A DNA stretch of 64,000 bases from Trichoplax sp. H2 (taxonomy: Eukaryota), in NCBI GenBank assembly GCA_003344405.1, contig NOWV01000101.1, positions 1 through 64,000 of the forward strand. Direction: 5' to 3'. The notes under the pieces are model-generated. The model ran no database searches, had not been told where the DNA came from, and worked only from the letters and a program-made list of their open reading frames with translations. Numbering within the stretch: position 1 is the first letter of the stretch; each line of letters opens with the position of its first letter. This document shows, piece after piece, positions 1 to 14,500 of this stretch. The position numbers and the translations under genes are program-made.

Positions 1-1791
1 AGCAATCAGCAATGAACAAACACTGCTAACATCATCGTCGAATGTCTAAATAGAGATAATCTGGATAAAATCCATCACAAGGGATAGTAGCCAATTTCAA
101 GAATAATAGGATGCGTAATAACTCCTTGTTGTTCAACGTCAATCGATGGAAGTTGTCAAGTTATGAGAGAAAAAGAAAGCACCCTTTCCAATCAACCCCC
201 TCCCCTATCCATCGATCCAAGCTATATTGAGTGACTATAGTAGTCCTGCACAGCATGGCCTACAGACTGAGTATGCTCTCAAGCAATGTCGCTTGTACTC
301 AAATACGGTATACTCTACTCTACAGCGAAATGCACTATAGTACACTTGTAATGGTAGGACACCAATGCGCCAACCAAGCATGCCCTACCATCGTTAACCA
401 AATGCTCCACTGAGGATGATATGGTTGACATTAGTATACCACTTGCAGTTAGTCAAATTCATCATCTCAACCACTATCACAGCATAGATTGATTCGCAAC
501 TAGCTTTACTCCTAGCTGTCATCATGTACAGTAGACTGATAACAGCCACATTGGCCTGCCAACTTGTTGGCTTAATGCATAAACGTTTGTTGAAACTTAC
601 TTTTGGACAACACCTCCCAACATCTTGTAAATGCAATTCCTCTTTTTCTTTAGCCCAATTTTATACTGCCAAAAATGTTGTCCATAACAATCTTTCAACG
701 AAAGTAAGATATTGTAGACTCTACGGTCATTTTTAGGACTTGATGATAGATCAATCGCTGCCGGCCTAGAATTGGATAGGGCTAAAATCATTACTATTTT
801 TACATGCGCAATCTACAATTGCACACTTAAATGTCTATACTTGCCGCTAACGTAAATCAATTGAGACCAAGACGTAAAGAGAAACATAGTCTAACATTAG
901 AACTTTTTTATTGACAGTCTTGATCATTATCGTCCCCGTATGTCAACAATCATGCCATGACATTCATACTGAACTAGCTTGTAATGATAAAACAAAATGG
1001 ATTGGAAAATGGCAATTAAAATTACATAAACGAGAATGATTAACATTACTCTGTAATAGACTTATAACGTCTACGACTTAACCATGGCTAAGTCGTTATT
1101 CACCGCTATATTTCAATATGCTCTTTCCAACAAGTCATCGGTAGAGGTTACCTCTTACCCGATACTATGAGCTATCATAATGGTGGACATGTAGTAAAGC
1201 TATTATATCATGACCTATCGGTAATAATGATGTTCACAAATTGCTTGGATCTTGGATCTATTGAAAGCATACTTGCAAATCGCAATAAATTAGCAATGTA
1301 AACTCATCACTTAGTCATGATGCTACTTCAATTAACTATACGAGTATACTAGCTTTTAATTCAAACTTAAAATATCTCTTCCCAGTTGTCAAATGATATT
1401 ATGATTATCTATTTCACATACAACTCAGTACGACAGACATGCAATATATTACATTCACTTCGCTAGCTGTTGTTAATAATATGTGTACACTATGTACTGA
1501 TTATAACCATAGACGATTTCTAATGCGTCTTGTTTCTTCGGTGCTACCCTGTATTCGCACGATTAGTGTGCGGTATACAGGACGTAATTGCAATATTGTC
1601 AACCTAACTTTACTACATTACACATTAGAAGACTACTTGCAATTATTAATTATTTTATTGCCGTACATTTACATTTTATATAGTCTTAAAATGTTTTTTA
1701 CTTATGAAACTACGAGTATAACAGAACCTGCTGTTTGTAGATGATAGGCTTTACTAACTCGCATACAACTCTTCATGAATTCATACTATAG

Positions 1792-4700
1792 TTATCGCGG
1801 TTTCTCATATGGACTGGCTGTGCAGTGGCCCTTGCTTTTTACAACTTTGGGTGGAAGAATTGTCTGTTGATTGCCTTTTATTTGGGTCTCTTTATTGTTG
1901 GGTAAGCTCAATCGCATTGAATTTGCTGTATAACATTTAATACAAAATAGTAGTCGGTATTAGAGGAATCATTACACACAATGAGAGTGTATTAGTCAAC
2001 AATTGTAATTTTGTGTACGTATCACTCTATCGGATCATCATTAGTTTAGTATTTTTTTACATTATGTATAAAGCTGCAGTGCCAGTAATTCTGTAGAAAG
2101 ATTGAGGCTATTCTAAAATGACCTTATGGCCACAATATTGTAATTAACTTAGTATTTGTAGTCATCCCTAAACTCTATGATATAGGCTCACTAGGCTACA
2201 GATCGCTTATGCTGTACCTACAAGTCTGAATCTAGTAGCAAATGTACGTGCATCATCAGTAGCAACCGATTATAAGCTCTACTAAATTAATTGCAAACCT
2301 AAAGTAAAACAATTTAATCCTAAAAAATTGTTATATGCACATTAAGCTAGTCATTATGGAACTGCAATCAATTACCTTATAGACAATACTGCCACGAAGC
2401 AACATTGTTGTTAGCTCCACTCAGTGTACTGTATTAATGACCGTAAAACTGCGATCTAAAAGCTACACTAAATCATTTATCGATTGTAAAGGCATCAAAA
2501 ATATCCTTTAAGCCCGATGCAATCATTTCGTATTTCATTCGGTATACTATAAGGATTATTTTAAATACCATAACCCCTTATATTATTCGCAATTCTAGGT
2601 GGCTCGGGTACTTGTACAGTAATGCACTTGCTAGCATACAAAATATTTGGATTGACAATAAGCTAATTCGATTACCGAGAAATAAAATCGGAATTGACAA
2701 GGTAACTAATTTACCCTAACAATTATAATAAGTAATAACGTGGCCTTGGCGTAATATACTGTTGCATTTTGTAGTTTGCAACCTTGCTATTATAACTTTG
2801 TTTCATTGGTAAGTAACTGTGTTTCCTTTATAAGTAACGATGTAGCAGTCATCTATTTATTTTTTAACATTTAGTGTTAAATATTATATAACTGTTTACT
2901 GTATGATATTGACTATTACTGTTTGTAGTAGATGCAAGTACTTCTAAGCTGAATTATGTTCTCCATTGCTTCAGATTGTCGAGACTGTCACCGAGGGTGA
3001 ACGTCAGTATAAACTTGACAAGCGATTAACTGGTGCTAGCATTATTGATGGACCATTGCAAGATGTATAAAAATTTGATTCATAAATATTGCGAATAAAC
3101 TGATCGTTACCTAGATTTATCGAATTGCTTATAATTATCGATTATATCGTTTATAAATTTTATATAAAAGGTAATTACTTACGCCTTTCGAGATTACATA
3201 CATCCATGGTACGACAGTATCTCTGGACATCCGGAATTTATTTACGAGCTGCAGCAAGCGATACAAAAGGTTTTAATCAATTTCGCTATAAGGTAATCTA
3301 AGGATGTTCTCGATATCGTTAAAAATTTCGTACGAAAAGCTGACACTCGATCGAGTTTCTGTACGTTACGACTTAATAGTGATATTATTTTTATCTTTTC
3401 TTGTGAAAATACCAATAAACAGGTACAGTGTAGTAGAGATAATAAAACACTAACAGCTGACACGTAGCTGAAAGACAGTAGAATGTTATTTAATACTACT
3501 TGTCATTGACAGTAAATTTCTATAAGTCTCAGTAATCAACCTTTATCCTACCAGTAGCCTGTAACATTCAATAGACTAACCAGTATTGCCCTTGCTATTT
3601 GTATGCCTGGGTCAATTTATGATAATGCCTATCATATAAGTTATCTAAGTAACTATGTTTATTAGCTACAGTACTGCGACATATTTTCATAAACATCACT
3701 CCTAATGTTATACTAATCGTTGTTACAACAGGGCAAAAGATGCTGATTGGGTTAGGTTGATTACTGCCACCTGCATTGATGATTTCGCTTCACATATTCG
3801 ACTTTTCAATAAAGCAGTTCAACAGAGAAAGAAAGAAAGAGAAGGAAAACAAGAGAAACCTGTTCAGAGTAAGTAATTTAAAAGAAAATATTGTGACCTC
3901 TATTAATAAACATTATAGTTTAAAAATATTTATGCAATCAACTTTATTTATAAATTCATCGGCAACTTCGTATTGCAAATTTATTTAGTAATTTGTAATT
4001 TTAATTTTACAAAACGCAATTCATATTGGTGAAATTACGTTGTAACAGATGAAAGATTTGTTTTGTCATTCTAAACACTTCGTTCGAAAGTAATCCTTTA
4101 TTTACCAAATTTGCTTATATTTGTTAAATAATAGTTGAGCGTGCTCTAGCTGAAATCGAAGTTATATTTTTCCGATTTGAAAAAGTTATGGAAAAACAAT
4201 CTATTACCAGAGAGAAAATTTGCACTTGCCCTGAAGTGGAACGAGGTTTGTAATCTCTTATATACTATGCAATTACCTATAAATAGCATACTCGAATCAG
4301 TAGTTTTTAAAATTTTCGATACTATTATTATCGTACATGTAGTTAGTAAAACGAAAACTATTTTATCTTGGTGCATCGTAACATGAAATCTAAAATAAAG
4401 TTGTACTTTAAATATTGCAGCTTTTCTACAAGACTTAGTTGAGATTCTTCTCTATCAATATCTTTCTCCGGATGACTTTGGGAACACGGTTTTGAGATCC
4501 CTTGCAAGGGTATCATATATACTTAAAAATAAATTTAAGTAATCCTTGAACCAGTTATGAAATTAAGTGGCTTAATCATTATAAATAATCATAAATTATT
4601 TTCTTATTTCATAAGGAAATCATTGTATCTAGTGTAGTAATACCTACAATAAATATTTTATGCGATCCAGATTTTATAAACGGGATGATCATTACCTGGG

Positions 4701-7700
4701 TTAGTGTATATGAAAAGTAAAAGAGCACTTTTACCTAGTCGAAAATTAATGAAATCATCGCTGATAACATTACTATAAAACATTTTAATCCTTATTATAG
4801 ATGAAAGAAAATTCTTTTAATTTCGATTCCTTTATTACTGCTATCAGGTAATACATTTGCGCTAGAAAAATAATAGGCTATACATAATTTGTTGCCAAGC
4901 TAATATCCTGAACGATATCTTTTTAACATACAGAACTACAAGACGTATGCCGGATATAACAGAAACATTACAAAGTGTAGAAACTGAAATTATGCGAGTC
5001 CAAAGGCAGGATACTGAAGGTTATCTTTATATCAATGTCAATTATTTACTACCATTTACAACGCACATAATATTTCTACACTTCTAAACAACTGCCTATT
5101 GAATAATTTTGGCATGCTTTAGACGCTAAACACCAATTGAATAATTTGAATAGCATTAAACGTGAATGTAATGCTATCTTGAAATATTTGCAAAGGCCTG
5201 AAGAAAATGTAAGAAGATGTCAAATTTTATTACAGTTTTGCTTCATTCTCTTTAAGAATTTTTGGTAATTTCAGTCAATCGTAAATTCGATTTTATGATA
5301 ACCTTCATTATCGTATTACAACTATCCTTTCTAGGATGACCTTGATGATTCGAAGCAAGTGTTACCTGACTTACCGCTACATGCAATTATTAGTAATAAT
5401 ACAGCGTTGTTATATTTTATGGGTTAGTTACCGGGATAAACCACTTTCTTACCTACGTTATACGTAGGCGTGAATAATTTCGTAATATTGGCCTTCATAA
5501 TTGCTTACTTAGAGTATCTAGACAGTATTGGTGGAAAAGCCAAGGCCTATCTAAGCTTCTGGCTGAATATTGAAGTCTGTATAAAATATACGCCTAACAT
5601 AATCAACAATTTTCCTTTATTTTAATGAAAATTACCAATTTTATTCTAATCACCTTTCGAAGTTAACTAAGGTTACGTTTACTGTTTTTAAACTAAATAG
5701 TGCTTCCGTACATCTGCTGAACAGCAAATCTCTGCAGTATTACTTAACGATACCAGAGAAGGAGACGAGGTAAGAATGGATTTTATCATTGATAAAATAC
5801 TTATATATGTGCATCTTAAGTAACAAAACTTTACGATTATGGAAGAAAGTACTTCTCGTGACGTAATTGTGTGTATGACGTCCATATTACCTTGTTAGTC
5901 AATATAATAATTTCAAATTTTGGGATTGTGTAGGGTGGGGTTGAACCTGACCTAGAAACTTTAAGAGTTGCTGCCTTCAATCTTTTTGATGAATACCTCT
6001 GCGAGCAGGTAGTTAATTCTATTAGTAAGAGTTCGAATTGAAAATGCCATTTTATGAAAGTGCTTTTAAGGATTATTTTACTAACAAAACCAGGCTGACC
6101 AGCAAGTCGCTTTGAATCCCCAGACGGTAAAAAAATTATATGAAAATATAAAGCTGTCTATACCATCAGTCGATATGTTCGACACATGCCAGGAAGAGGT
6201 ACTTAAATTTTATTATCGGAATAAAGATGACTTACGATGAACAGCGCAGCTTAATTAATCTCTTTTTTTCGACTTTGAAATATCGGATGTCTTGATAGGC
6301 TTACCATATCCTCTTACATGATTTTTGTCCCGCGTTCAAGAGAAGCCAATTTTATTATGGGTAAATATGAATATTAAAGGCTTATGGATCTATTTTAAGA
6401 ACCGCATCTTCACGTCCATTAAACACTAAATTAGAATTTGCTAACAATTGTAGGTGTTGTGTAGACTTGGGGATGGTGAAAGATGAAGCAAAGAACTGTA
6501 CGAACTAACTAGAATTATAAATAAAATGTTAATCAGCTTTTTTTGTAGATTAACACACTATATTTCTTGTTTAATGGTTAGCTTCTGTCGGTTCCGATAT
6601 TGAAGAAGAGTCACAAAATATAGCGCCTGTATCTCCGGTTAGCTTTAACGTATCATTAACAATCTATTTCCGTAATTTTATTAAATTGCTTCATAATTAT
6701 TTTTATTTTAAGGTCTCTGATAATAATCATGACCCATTAAGTGAAAACTCGCAAGTTTCAAATACAAATAGCACTGATGGAGACCACAGCACTTCACAGC
6801 AAACGAATGTCAGTCTCAATGGTGTATCATTTACCGTGGCAGTTACTACTATAGGTACAAATGTATCAGGATGTTGACCATATATTTTATAGTATAATCG
6901 TAAACATACGCTATAATTGGCATGAATATCTGTATTTGTCTAATAAATATGCACAGGTGTAACAAAAAATGCATCTACGGGTACTGGAAAAACCTATGCC
7001 GTGTACGCAATCAGTGTTACCAAGCACAGCCCAACCGGAGATGAAAGTTGGGAGGTATACCGCCGTTACAGTGATTTTCACGATTTGCATATGCAATTAA
7101 AAGAAAAGGTAACTATACATTCATTTATCTCTATTTAAGTTAGCTATATTCTATTAGTGAAAGTTGCTAGCAATCAAGCAATTGTAGTAGAAAAAGTCCG
7201 AAAATGTCTCATTTGTGTTATAATATCCATCCATTCCGATTTAATAGTTAGGTGGTAAGTTGAGTATTTCATTACCTGGAAAGAGAACTTTTGGAAATAA
7301 TCTTGATAAGGCGTTCTTGGAATCTCGACGTCGAAAATTAGATCTTTACTTAAAGGTACTAGCATAGTGTTACAATATTCGTAAAATCTCTAAAGATAGA
7401 TTGAAAATTTTGAAATATGCATTGCCGTTAAGTTCTTTAACATTGAATGAAATATTGTTTAGGGTATTGTTGATCCAGAGTTTATGAATATGCATAAAAG
7501 CCTTATCGTTATCATCGCTAGCTTTCTGGAGCCAGGTTCTTATAATAAAGAAAAAAATAATATACTAAGAAAGGTAATAGTCTTTAGCTATACCTTAAAT
7601 GACAATAAATTTGTATTTTATTTATTCGTCTAGATGTGTTGATGCTTTGTTCTAATTCTTAAAATGATATTGCTATAAAGTAATTATAATTGTAAAATAA

Positions 7701-9209
7701 ATTAGATGCCGTAGCACTTACATTCGACATATTTAATGATCCTACTGTCACTAATCGTTGATATGGTTTCAAACTTTCCCCTAGATGGACACATTTGTTA
7801 CACCTTTCCGGGATTCTGTTAATACTGCCGTAAAATTAGTAGACCAGAACTTATTCAAACCTTTAGATCAGAACGTTACGAAGAAAATATCTGTTGGACT
7901 TAACCGAGTTTTCGACAAAGTAATTATTGGCAAATCTTTTGTTGCATTATAGCTCTGTTATTGTAATTATTAACATATGATTTTCTTTAAATAGCCATTT
8001 CAAACTAGTAAGGTAAAAGGTGATACTGATCCTGAACTCAACACTCATGGCAGTACTAAAGTTGCAGCGCGCTTACTTTCGAATGAGGTATACCAATCTG
8101 TATTTAATCAGCCTAGAATATGCATGATATAATATGTACGCTTGCAATTGAAGTTATACCCCCTGACTAATCGAATATTGTAATAATCCAATGGTAGTCT
8201 ATCGATGATGATAGCATCCCTCTCCGTATCCTTCTTTTATTAATGGACGAAGTATTTGATTTTCAAAAGAAGTATGCGCTCTTCATTGTATTTCATGTGT
8301 CGCTGATGCACATTCATATAATTGTATCATTTGCTACTCTTTACTCACTAAATGAGACTAAAGTTATATTTTTCGTGACCTATTTTTGCAGGAATCAATG
8401 GCTGGAAAGGCATAAAATTATGTTAAGCTTCTTAAAGCAAATGATTAAAGCGACGTATGGAGATAAATTGAATCGGTAAAACATATAGTGCGATCAGACT
8501 ATTGATGTATTGTGCTTCAATGCAAGCAACCACGTCAATGCTTAATTTAAACTTACCTGTTACTCATATAGAAAAATTATTGATCAAGTGCAGTATCTTA
8601 CATCGTCCGAACAAATCGCACAATATGTACGACAACTCAGGTTCAGTGTATAGCTAATTTCGAATAAGAACTTAAGCTAATTTTCTGTGTAGTTCTTATT
8701 AATTATCTGAGTATTATATATGTTAATGCAGAGATATATTATGGCCGAACGGTGTATTAGCGGAACCTACGCCTGAAAGGAAATCAGAACAAAAATCACG
8801 AGCCCGGATTGTTGCTTTAGCTAAAATGTTGGGAAGTGTTCCAGGTAACACATTATAAATTACAGGCATCTTTCTAAAGATAGATAATTAATTAAAAACA
8901 TTTACATTACGCAAATACTAGATGATCTGAGAAGAATCATAGGGTCGGAAACTTGTACGGGAGGAATTGTTAGGTTTGTCACATTATTTTCTATTTCGAG
9001 CTTTACTCATTTAGGTAACTTTATTGAGAAGTTTTTGATGTAGTATTGATGTAACTTTCATTTTTTCGCAAAGGGTTTTCAATATGTTTCAACAAGCAAA
9101 CCTGAATAAGCGTTTATTTTACACTATGATTGAAGCAATTTCCGAATCTGTCTTCCCAGAAACTTTTAGCGATATTTTTGCTAAGCTCTATGCTCACCAT
9201 TGTAAATGA
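1792..9209 (+). CDS. SNX13: Sorting nexin-13 (TM-PXA-RGS-PX-Nexin_C), multi-exon; the start-codon exon upstream of 1792 was not resolved
   Basis: GT-AG exons translate to a hydrophobic N-terminus (LSRFLIWTGCAVALAFYNFG), DKRLTGASIIDGPLQD, YAFRDYIHPWY (PXA), AYLSFWLNIE (RGS), WEVYRRYSDFHDLHMQLKEK and LPGKRTFGNNLDKAFLESRR (PX). The C-terminus reads IPLRILLLLMDEVFD...NQWL...KATYGDKLNRKIID...DILWPNG...IIGSETCTGGIVRVFNMFQ, which matches SNX13 as I remember it. Stop TGA at 9207-9209. Confidence 0.92.
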
Positions 9210-11395
9210 ATTAAATTCTTAATATGTGACTTTTACCGGTTTTCAACTGTTTAAAATATAATTTTAGCTATATTTTTTTGTGCTTTAAGCACTCAATTTG
9301 TATCATATAGTGCATACGTTTGAATGAATTGTTAAAAGCCTTGGCTCTTTAATAGTCTTGAGAATTTTTACTTTATATCTAATGCTAGAAAACTTGTTTT
9401 ATCGTACGTTACTGTATTTGTGCACACTATCAACGATCAAAGAAAGTTTTCGGTTAATTTTGATCAAGTGCCTTTTAATCTGAAACACCTAGTATGATAT
9501 AACATGCGATCAATATAGCGAGTAGTAAGCATATCAATTTGAAAATGGAGTGCGATAGTACTCATATAACAACATACTTTATGACAAATTAGAAAGGAAC
9601 AGTTATTTGTAAGTTGTTAAGTCTAGAATAAAATGTAACTCCTTCGATTTCATTTACCGATTGCATCAATTTAGTAAAGTGTTTTGGGCCTTAAACGGAT
9701 CATTTTATGACATTACATCATTTTAGAGATATTGAAGTTATGAACATGATTGCAAAGTTTGAACCCTGCGACAGTGAAACTACCTTCAGTTTATTGCTAT
9801 GAAAGATAGCAGCTAATACTATAACTACCACTGATGTATGCTACGGTACACAACACATAAATTGAAAGATTTCCTTCAATATGATATTTATCCAGCCTCA
9901 TTAACTAGTACATATTATCATGGAGAGTATAAGTACTGTATATCTACTATGTTATTATGCTCATTTCGATAACACCTTCTTAGCCGAATACTGGGGTAGG
10001 GCTTTTAAAAACTCGTGAAGGCATTTCCGATCAACATCTAATATTAGAATCACGAAGCATAACCACATTACTGATTATCTTTACTTAATACACTTAGATG
10101 TCTAGAATAAAATTTTGATTTATTTAATTTTGAAAGCAATAAAAATTTACGATCACAATCATCCTTCATATATCAACGTTCATACTATATTTTCCATAGA
10201 ATTGCAACTATTTACCAATGAGTAATTACGTGATATCTACTAAACAGAGCTATCACGTATTAATGGATACAGGAGAACATGATTATGTGTACAGATGGAT
10301 CACATTCTACAATAGTATGGATGGATACACGCTTATATATACTCGTAAGTATGCTATTTCAAGAGGCAACAGTACTCATCAATGGCATATATGTGTGTTC
10401 TAATTGTTTACGTTATCCAATACATTAGCTAATAGTTATGCGATATAATTAACTATAGCTAATTCTACAGTATGTATAACGAACTGAATAAATATTGTAA
10501 GAAGGGCCTTTCTTGGGATTCTCTATTCTGACTGCAACTCTGGTCAGTTATATCCCAGCGCTACTGCAAATACGTGTATATGAATTGACTTGTGTAAGGT
10601 GTCGTAGTTCTAAACTATATGCACATTGATCCTAGAAATATACCTATGAGGGTATTATTACAACCATACTATGAAACTGAGAACGTTTTAACTAAAATAT
10701 CATTGAATAATGAATCGTATAAATTCTACAACACATATGGCTATATCTATCTTATATGCTGTACGTACTACATACTACATGACAATAAGTATCTTTAAGG
10801 TTTCGACAATGATGTGAATATTTCATATCCTCTGCAACATTTCTGAAGTTTGTTATTACACTATTAGCATCTTTCAAAAACAGGAAGTTAAAAATAAATT
10901 ATCTTTTCTATCAAATATAATCTATATTATCATTTCATAAATTGATTTAAACCTCATATCATAGTTATATTAATTATAGCTGCAAATTACTGTGAAATGG
11001 CAACGACTGCTAGTTGTACTACAACGTTACTTTCAATAATATAATTAATTCATAGACGTGATAGTAATAAAAATTGACTAATAGTATAAAATTCAAGTAT
11101 TGCGCATAATTTTACCTCTAATTTTGAAAGATTAGCGCCAGAATAGAACGCAGAATGTATGCGCTAAATTAAGGATGATAGCGATATATGACAATTAACC
11201 ATCTACGAAAAAATCTCTACTATTGTCTTGCTTGATACTATTCTTTTACTAAATAATTATTGTAATAAATACATATAAACAGATTGATTATGACACACTT
11301 TGTAATCAGAGTCCTTACAGGATAACCACAAGACAGTTAATCATCATGAAGAAGAGACCGCTGAATGTATTTGTGTAGTTCAAAGTAAGTTGGTA

Positions 11396-12562
11396 TTATA
11401 CAATTCGCGGAGCCATTTGTAATGCCATTTGGTACATTTGTTTCATCAAGCCAACTTTGACTATGCCATGCTCTGCAAATCGACGACCAACCTCATAGCG
11501 TGAGAAACGATGATTAGGTCTCAAATAAGGATAGTAAACGTGAAATCCAGGATGGTTTCGCGGTCGTACCTTGATTTTACTAGCCAATATGCCAATATAG
11601 ACATCATCGATTGACTGCAGTATTTTGACGTGGGGAGCTACATCAAGCATTTGCGACAAGACATCGAAGGAGAGTACATAAGCAAAGCCAGAAACAAATG
11701 GCGGAAAGGTTTCACCTTTATAATCGTCATAGGACACATAATATTTATGTGTTTTAAGACGACATGGCTTCAAGGCAGTACGTTCAGCTAGTCGACCAAC
11801 AAAAAATTTTTGCGCTTTATTACCCATACTAGCTAAATAGTGGTAGAGTTTTGGAGCATTAACGAAGACATCATCATCACCTTTATAGATAAATACTGGT
11901 TTACAATACTTAGCAGCCCAAGTCATACCGAATAATGTTTTACGAGTTAAATTTTTAACATGCTCGACGATATCAGTCAAGACTATGTCACCATAGAGCT
12001 TGGCTTCTTTTTCGACTAATTTCCTAATAGTAGCATTTAATGACAGGCTAACAACAAACACTGTACGCCATGCATTGCCTTTCTTGGGGCTTCTTAATGT
12101 AAAATAGCTGCTATTTCCCCATGTTTGACGGATACTTAAACGACGATGGAAATGTTCTGCTTTACTATTGATGGTCAATAGCACATATACGGGTGCTGGA
12201 CAAGGTTTAAGTCCACGTTTTGGCTTGACGACTGTGCAATTTTTACAAATTGGTATTGATTTGTTGGCGTTTTCTCCATCATTATTATTTTGATTGTTAG
12301 TACTGTTGATGCCAGTTAAATTATTATCATTATTGCTTATATTGTTATTGATATCATTATTCTCCACAATAGACAATTTTTTTATTGCAGAACGTCGAAA
12401 GGCTTCTTCTGATTCAATGATGGGAATTTTTTTAACTGGCTTAGGAAATAACAAGAGTAAGAGAGTGACGCAAATAAAACAGACAAGCAAGCAATACTTG
12501 TAAAATGTCTTCATTGCACGAGTACCAATGGCTAAAATGGTGTCCACTCTTTTAATGTACAT
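11396..12562 (-). CDS. Intronless GT31 beta-1,3-galactosyltransferase/GlcNAc-transferase-like type II membrane protein (first ATG 12562, alternative ATG 12514)
   Basis: N-terminal TM anchor, Asn-rich stem, RRLSIRQTWG, E..YGDIV, NLTRKT, YKGDDDVFVN (DxD), FPPFVSGFAYVLS and IDDVYIG are all GT31 motifs. Confidence 0.93.
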   Translation of the reverse strand: MYIKRVDTILAIGTRAMKTFYKYCLLVCFICVTLLLLLFPKPVKKIPIIESEEAFRRSAIKKLSIVENNDINNNISNNDNNLTGINSTNNQNNNDGENANKSIPICKNCTVVKPKRGLKPCPAPVYVLLTINSKAEHFHRRLSIRQTWGNSSYFTLRSPKKGNAWRTVFVVSLSLNATIRKLVEKEAKLYGDIVLTDIVEHVKNLTRKTLFGMTWAAKYCKPVFIYKGDDDVFVNAPKLYHYLASMGNKAQKFFVGRLAERTALKPCRLKTHKYYVSYDDYKGETFPPFVSGFAYVLSFDVLSQMLDVAPHVKILQSIDDVYIGILASKIKVRPRNHPGFHVYYPYLRPNHRFSRYEVGRRFAEHGIVKVGLMKQMYQMALQMAPRIV

Positions 12563-12876
12563 TGACGATGACACTGGAAATAGATGGCGGACGTAATCGA
12601 TGTTCTCTTGACTAGAATCAATCCTCAGTCTCCAAGGTAGTCGATGTTTGTTGCCAATGACTTCCTCTACCTCTACAACTTAAATTACTGAATGATTGGT
12701 GGTTGATCTTCATTGACAAGGTACCAACATTAGCTCATCCATGGCATTTGTCCGCCATTAGGTTGGGTTAGCGTCTGCAGATTGCTAGATTGCACACTAC
12801 TAGTAGATGCATCTTCCTCCGACGCTTAGTTTACAGCATGCGTTCTTGTGCGCACGCGTGAGAAGATAGGCCACTT

Positions 12877-14145
12877 GATCGGACGGTCGGACATTTCTGC
12901 CACATGTGAGTCATATTAATTAATTTAATTTAATTTAATTTAATTATCACCTACTCGTAGATCATTTCCATTTGTTATAATTTCATGAAGCCAATGTTCG
13001 ATTCTGTAATTCGCTTATTTTTCTAAATAAAGCAGCATTGCATTGAAATCTATTCAATTTTAGTTAGTTCTGTTCGAAAGCAATTATGCAAGGTCATTGA
13101 TGTTGTTGAATATGTAGAAGTGATTAAGAAAAATAGACATAGAAGATCCATACGAAGTGCCTAATTTTTCGTGCTTCATTGGGTCTTAACAATCTGTCCG
13201 TCCGATCATGCCCAGTCTAGTCCATTCGGACGGTCGGACAATATAGCACATCTTTTACTATAATACTGGCCTATTCCATGGACTACTAAAAGAAAAGCTT
13301 ACTTTTAGTAGTCCATAGCAATTATGCAAGGTAATTGATGTTGTTGAATATGTAGAAGTGATTAAGAAAAATAGACATAGAAGATCCATACGAAGTACCT
13401 AAATTTTCGTGCTTCATTGGGTGTTAACAGTCTGTCCGTCCGATCATGCCCAGTCTAGTCCATTCGGACGGTCGGACAATATGGCACATCTTTTACTATA
13501 ATACTGGACTATTCCATGGACTGCTAAAAGAAAAGCTTACTTTTAGTAGTCCATAACNNNNNNNNNNNNNNNNNNNNGTAATTCGCTTATTTTTCTAAAT
13601 AAAGCAGCATTACATTGAAATCTATTCAATTTTAGTTAGTTCTGTTCGAAAGCAATTATGCAAGATCATTGATGTTGTTGAATATGTAGAAGTGATTAAG
13701 AAAAATAGACATAGAAGATCCATACGAAGTACCTAATTTTTCGTGCTTCATTGGGTCTTAAAAGTCTGTCCATCCGATCATGCCCAGTCTAGTCTATTCG
13801 GACGCTCGGACGATATGGCACATCTTTTACTATAATACTGGCCTATTCCATGGACTACTAAAAGAAAAGCTTACTTTTAGTAGTCCATAACTATTTCTAA
13901 CACTTCCATTCGCTCGTATTATTATGCGGATGCTCCATTCTGTAATTCACTTATTTTTCTAAATTAAGTTATATTACATTGAAATCTATTCTATAGTACT
14001 AAATTCTGTTCGAAAGCAGTTATACAACGTCATCAATGTTGTTGAATATGTACAAGTGGTTCAGAAAAATAGATATAGAAGATCCATACGAAGTAAGGAA
14101 ATTTTCCATATTCAGCTTCATTGGGTCTAGAAAATTCTGCCCGTC
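12877..14145. repeat. Array of ~240-350 bp related units carrying inverted motifs and a 15-bp perfect hairpin; interrupted by the N gap at 13558-13577
   Basis: The block gcaattatgcaag...gaagatccatacgaag...gcttcattggg recurs at ~13080, ~13318, ~13652 and, diverged, ~14017. The hairpin atggactactaaaag/cttttagtagtccat occurs at 13278-13316, 13516-13554 and 13850-13888. Confidence 0.9.
12916..12945. repeat. (TTAAT)n microsatellite
   Basis: ttaattaatttaatttaatttaatttaatt read directly. Confidence 0.8.
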
Positions 14146-14264
14146 TAAGATTCTACTACAAAGCCTCTTGACCAAGTCTCTCTTTCAGGCCCTTGCATGA
14201 TATCAGACCGATATTACGACGTAAAATGGTCAGACCAACCACACAAGTATCCATGACTGATTGT

Positions 14265-14500
14265 TTGCATTCGAGATTTTAAAGAAATAAAATCAGTATT
14301 CAATACTGCGTTAAAAAGGAATAAAAACATCAAGCACCAGAGACTAATAGATCCATTCGAAATTTAAAAAAATAAAATTACTCAACACTGCAATAAAAAT
14401 TAATAAAAATCAAGTGCCAGTGACTGTTGGTTTGTATTAGAAATTTCAAAGAAATAAAAATGACTCAATACTGCAATAAAATGTAATAAAAAAATCAAGA
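14265..14500. repeat. Degenerate tandem repeat, ~80 bp x3
   Basis: Recurring ttcgaaattt..aaagaaataaaa..tcaatactgc..aataaaaa.atcaag..ccag. Confidence 0.7.

Noticed and set aside
1-1744. Short ORFs upstream of SNX13
   Set aside because: No homology or coding signature; probably promoter/UTR sequence containing the unresolved SNX13 first exon.
9207-9209. TGA stops (SNX13, GT31, GPCRs) as possible selenocysteine codons given the tRNA-Sec gene
   Set aside because: They fall at the expected protein ends, these families are not known selenoproteins, and I recognised no SECIS-like element.
12877-14145. CRISPR-like appearance of regularly spaced palindromes
   Set aside because: The sequences between palindromes are copies of each other rather than unique spacers, the period is over 200 bp, there are no cas genes, and the context is eukaryotic.
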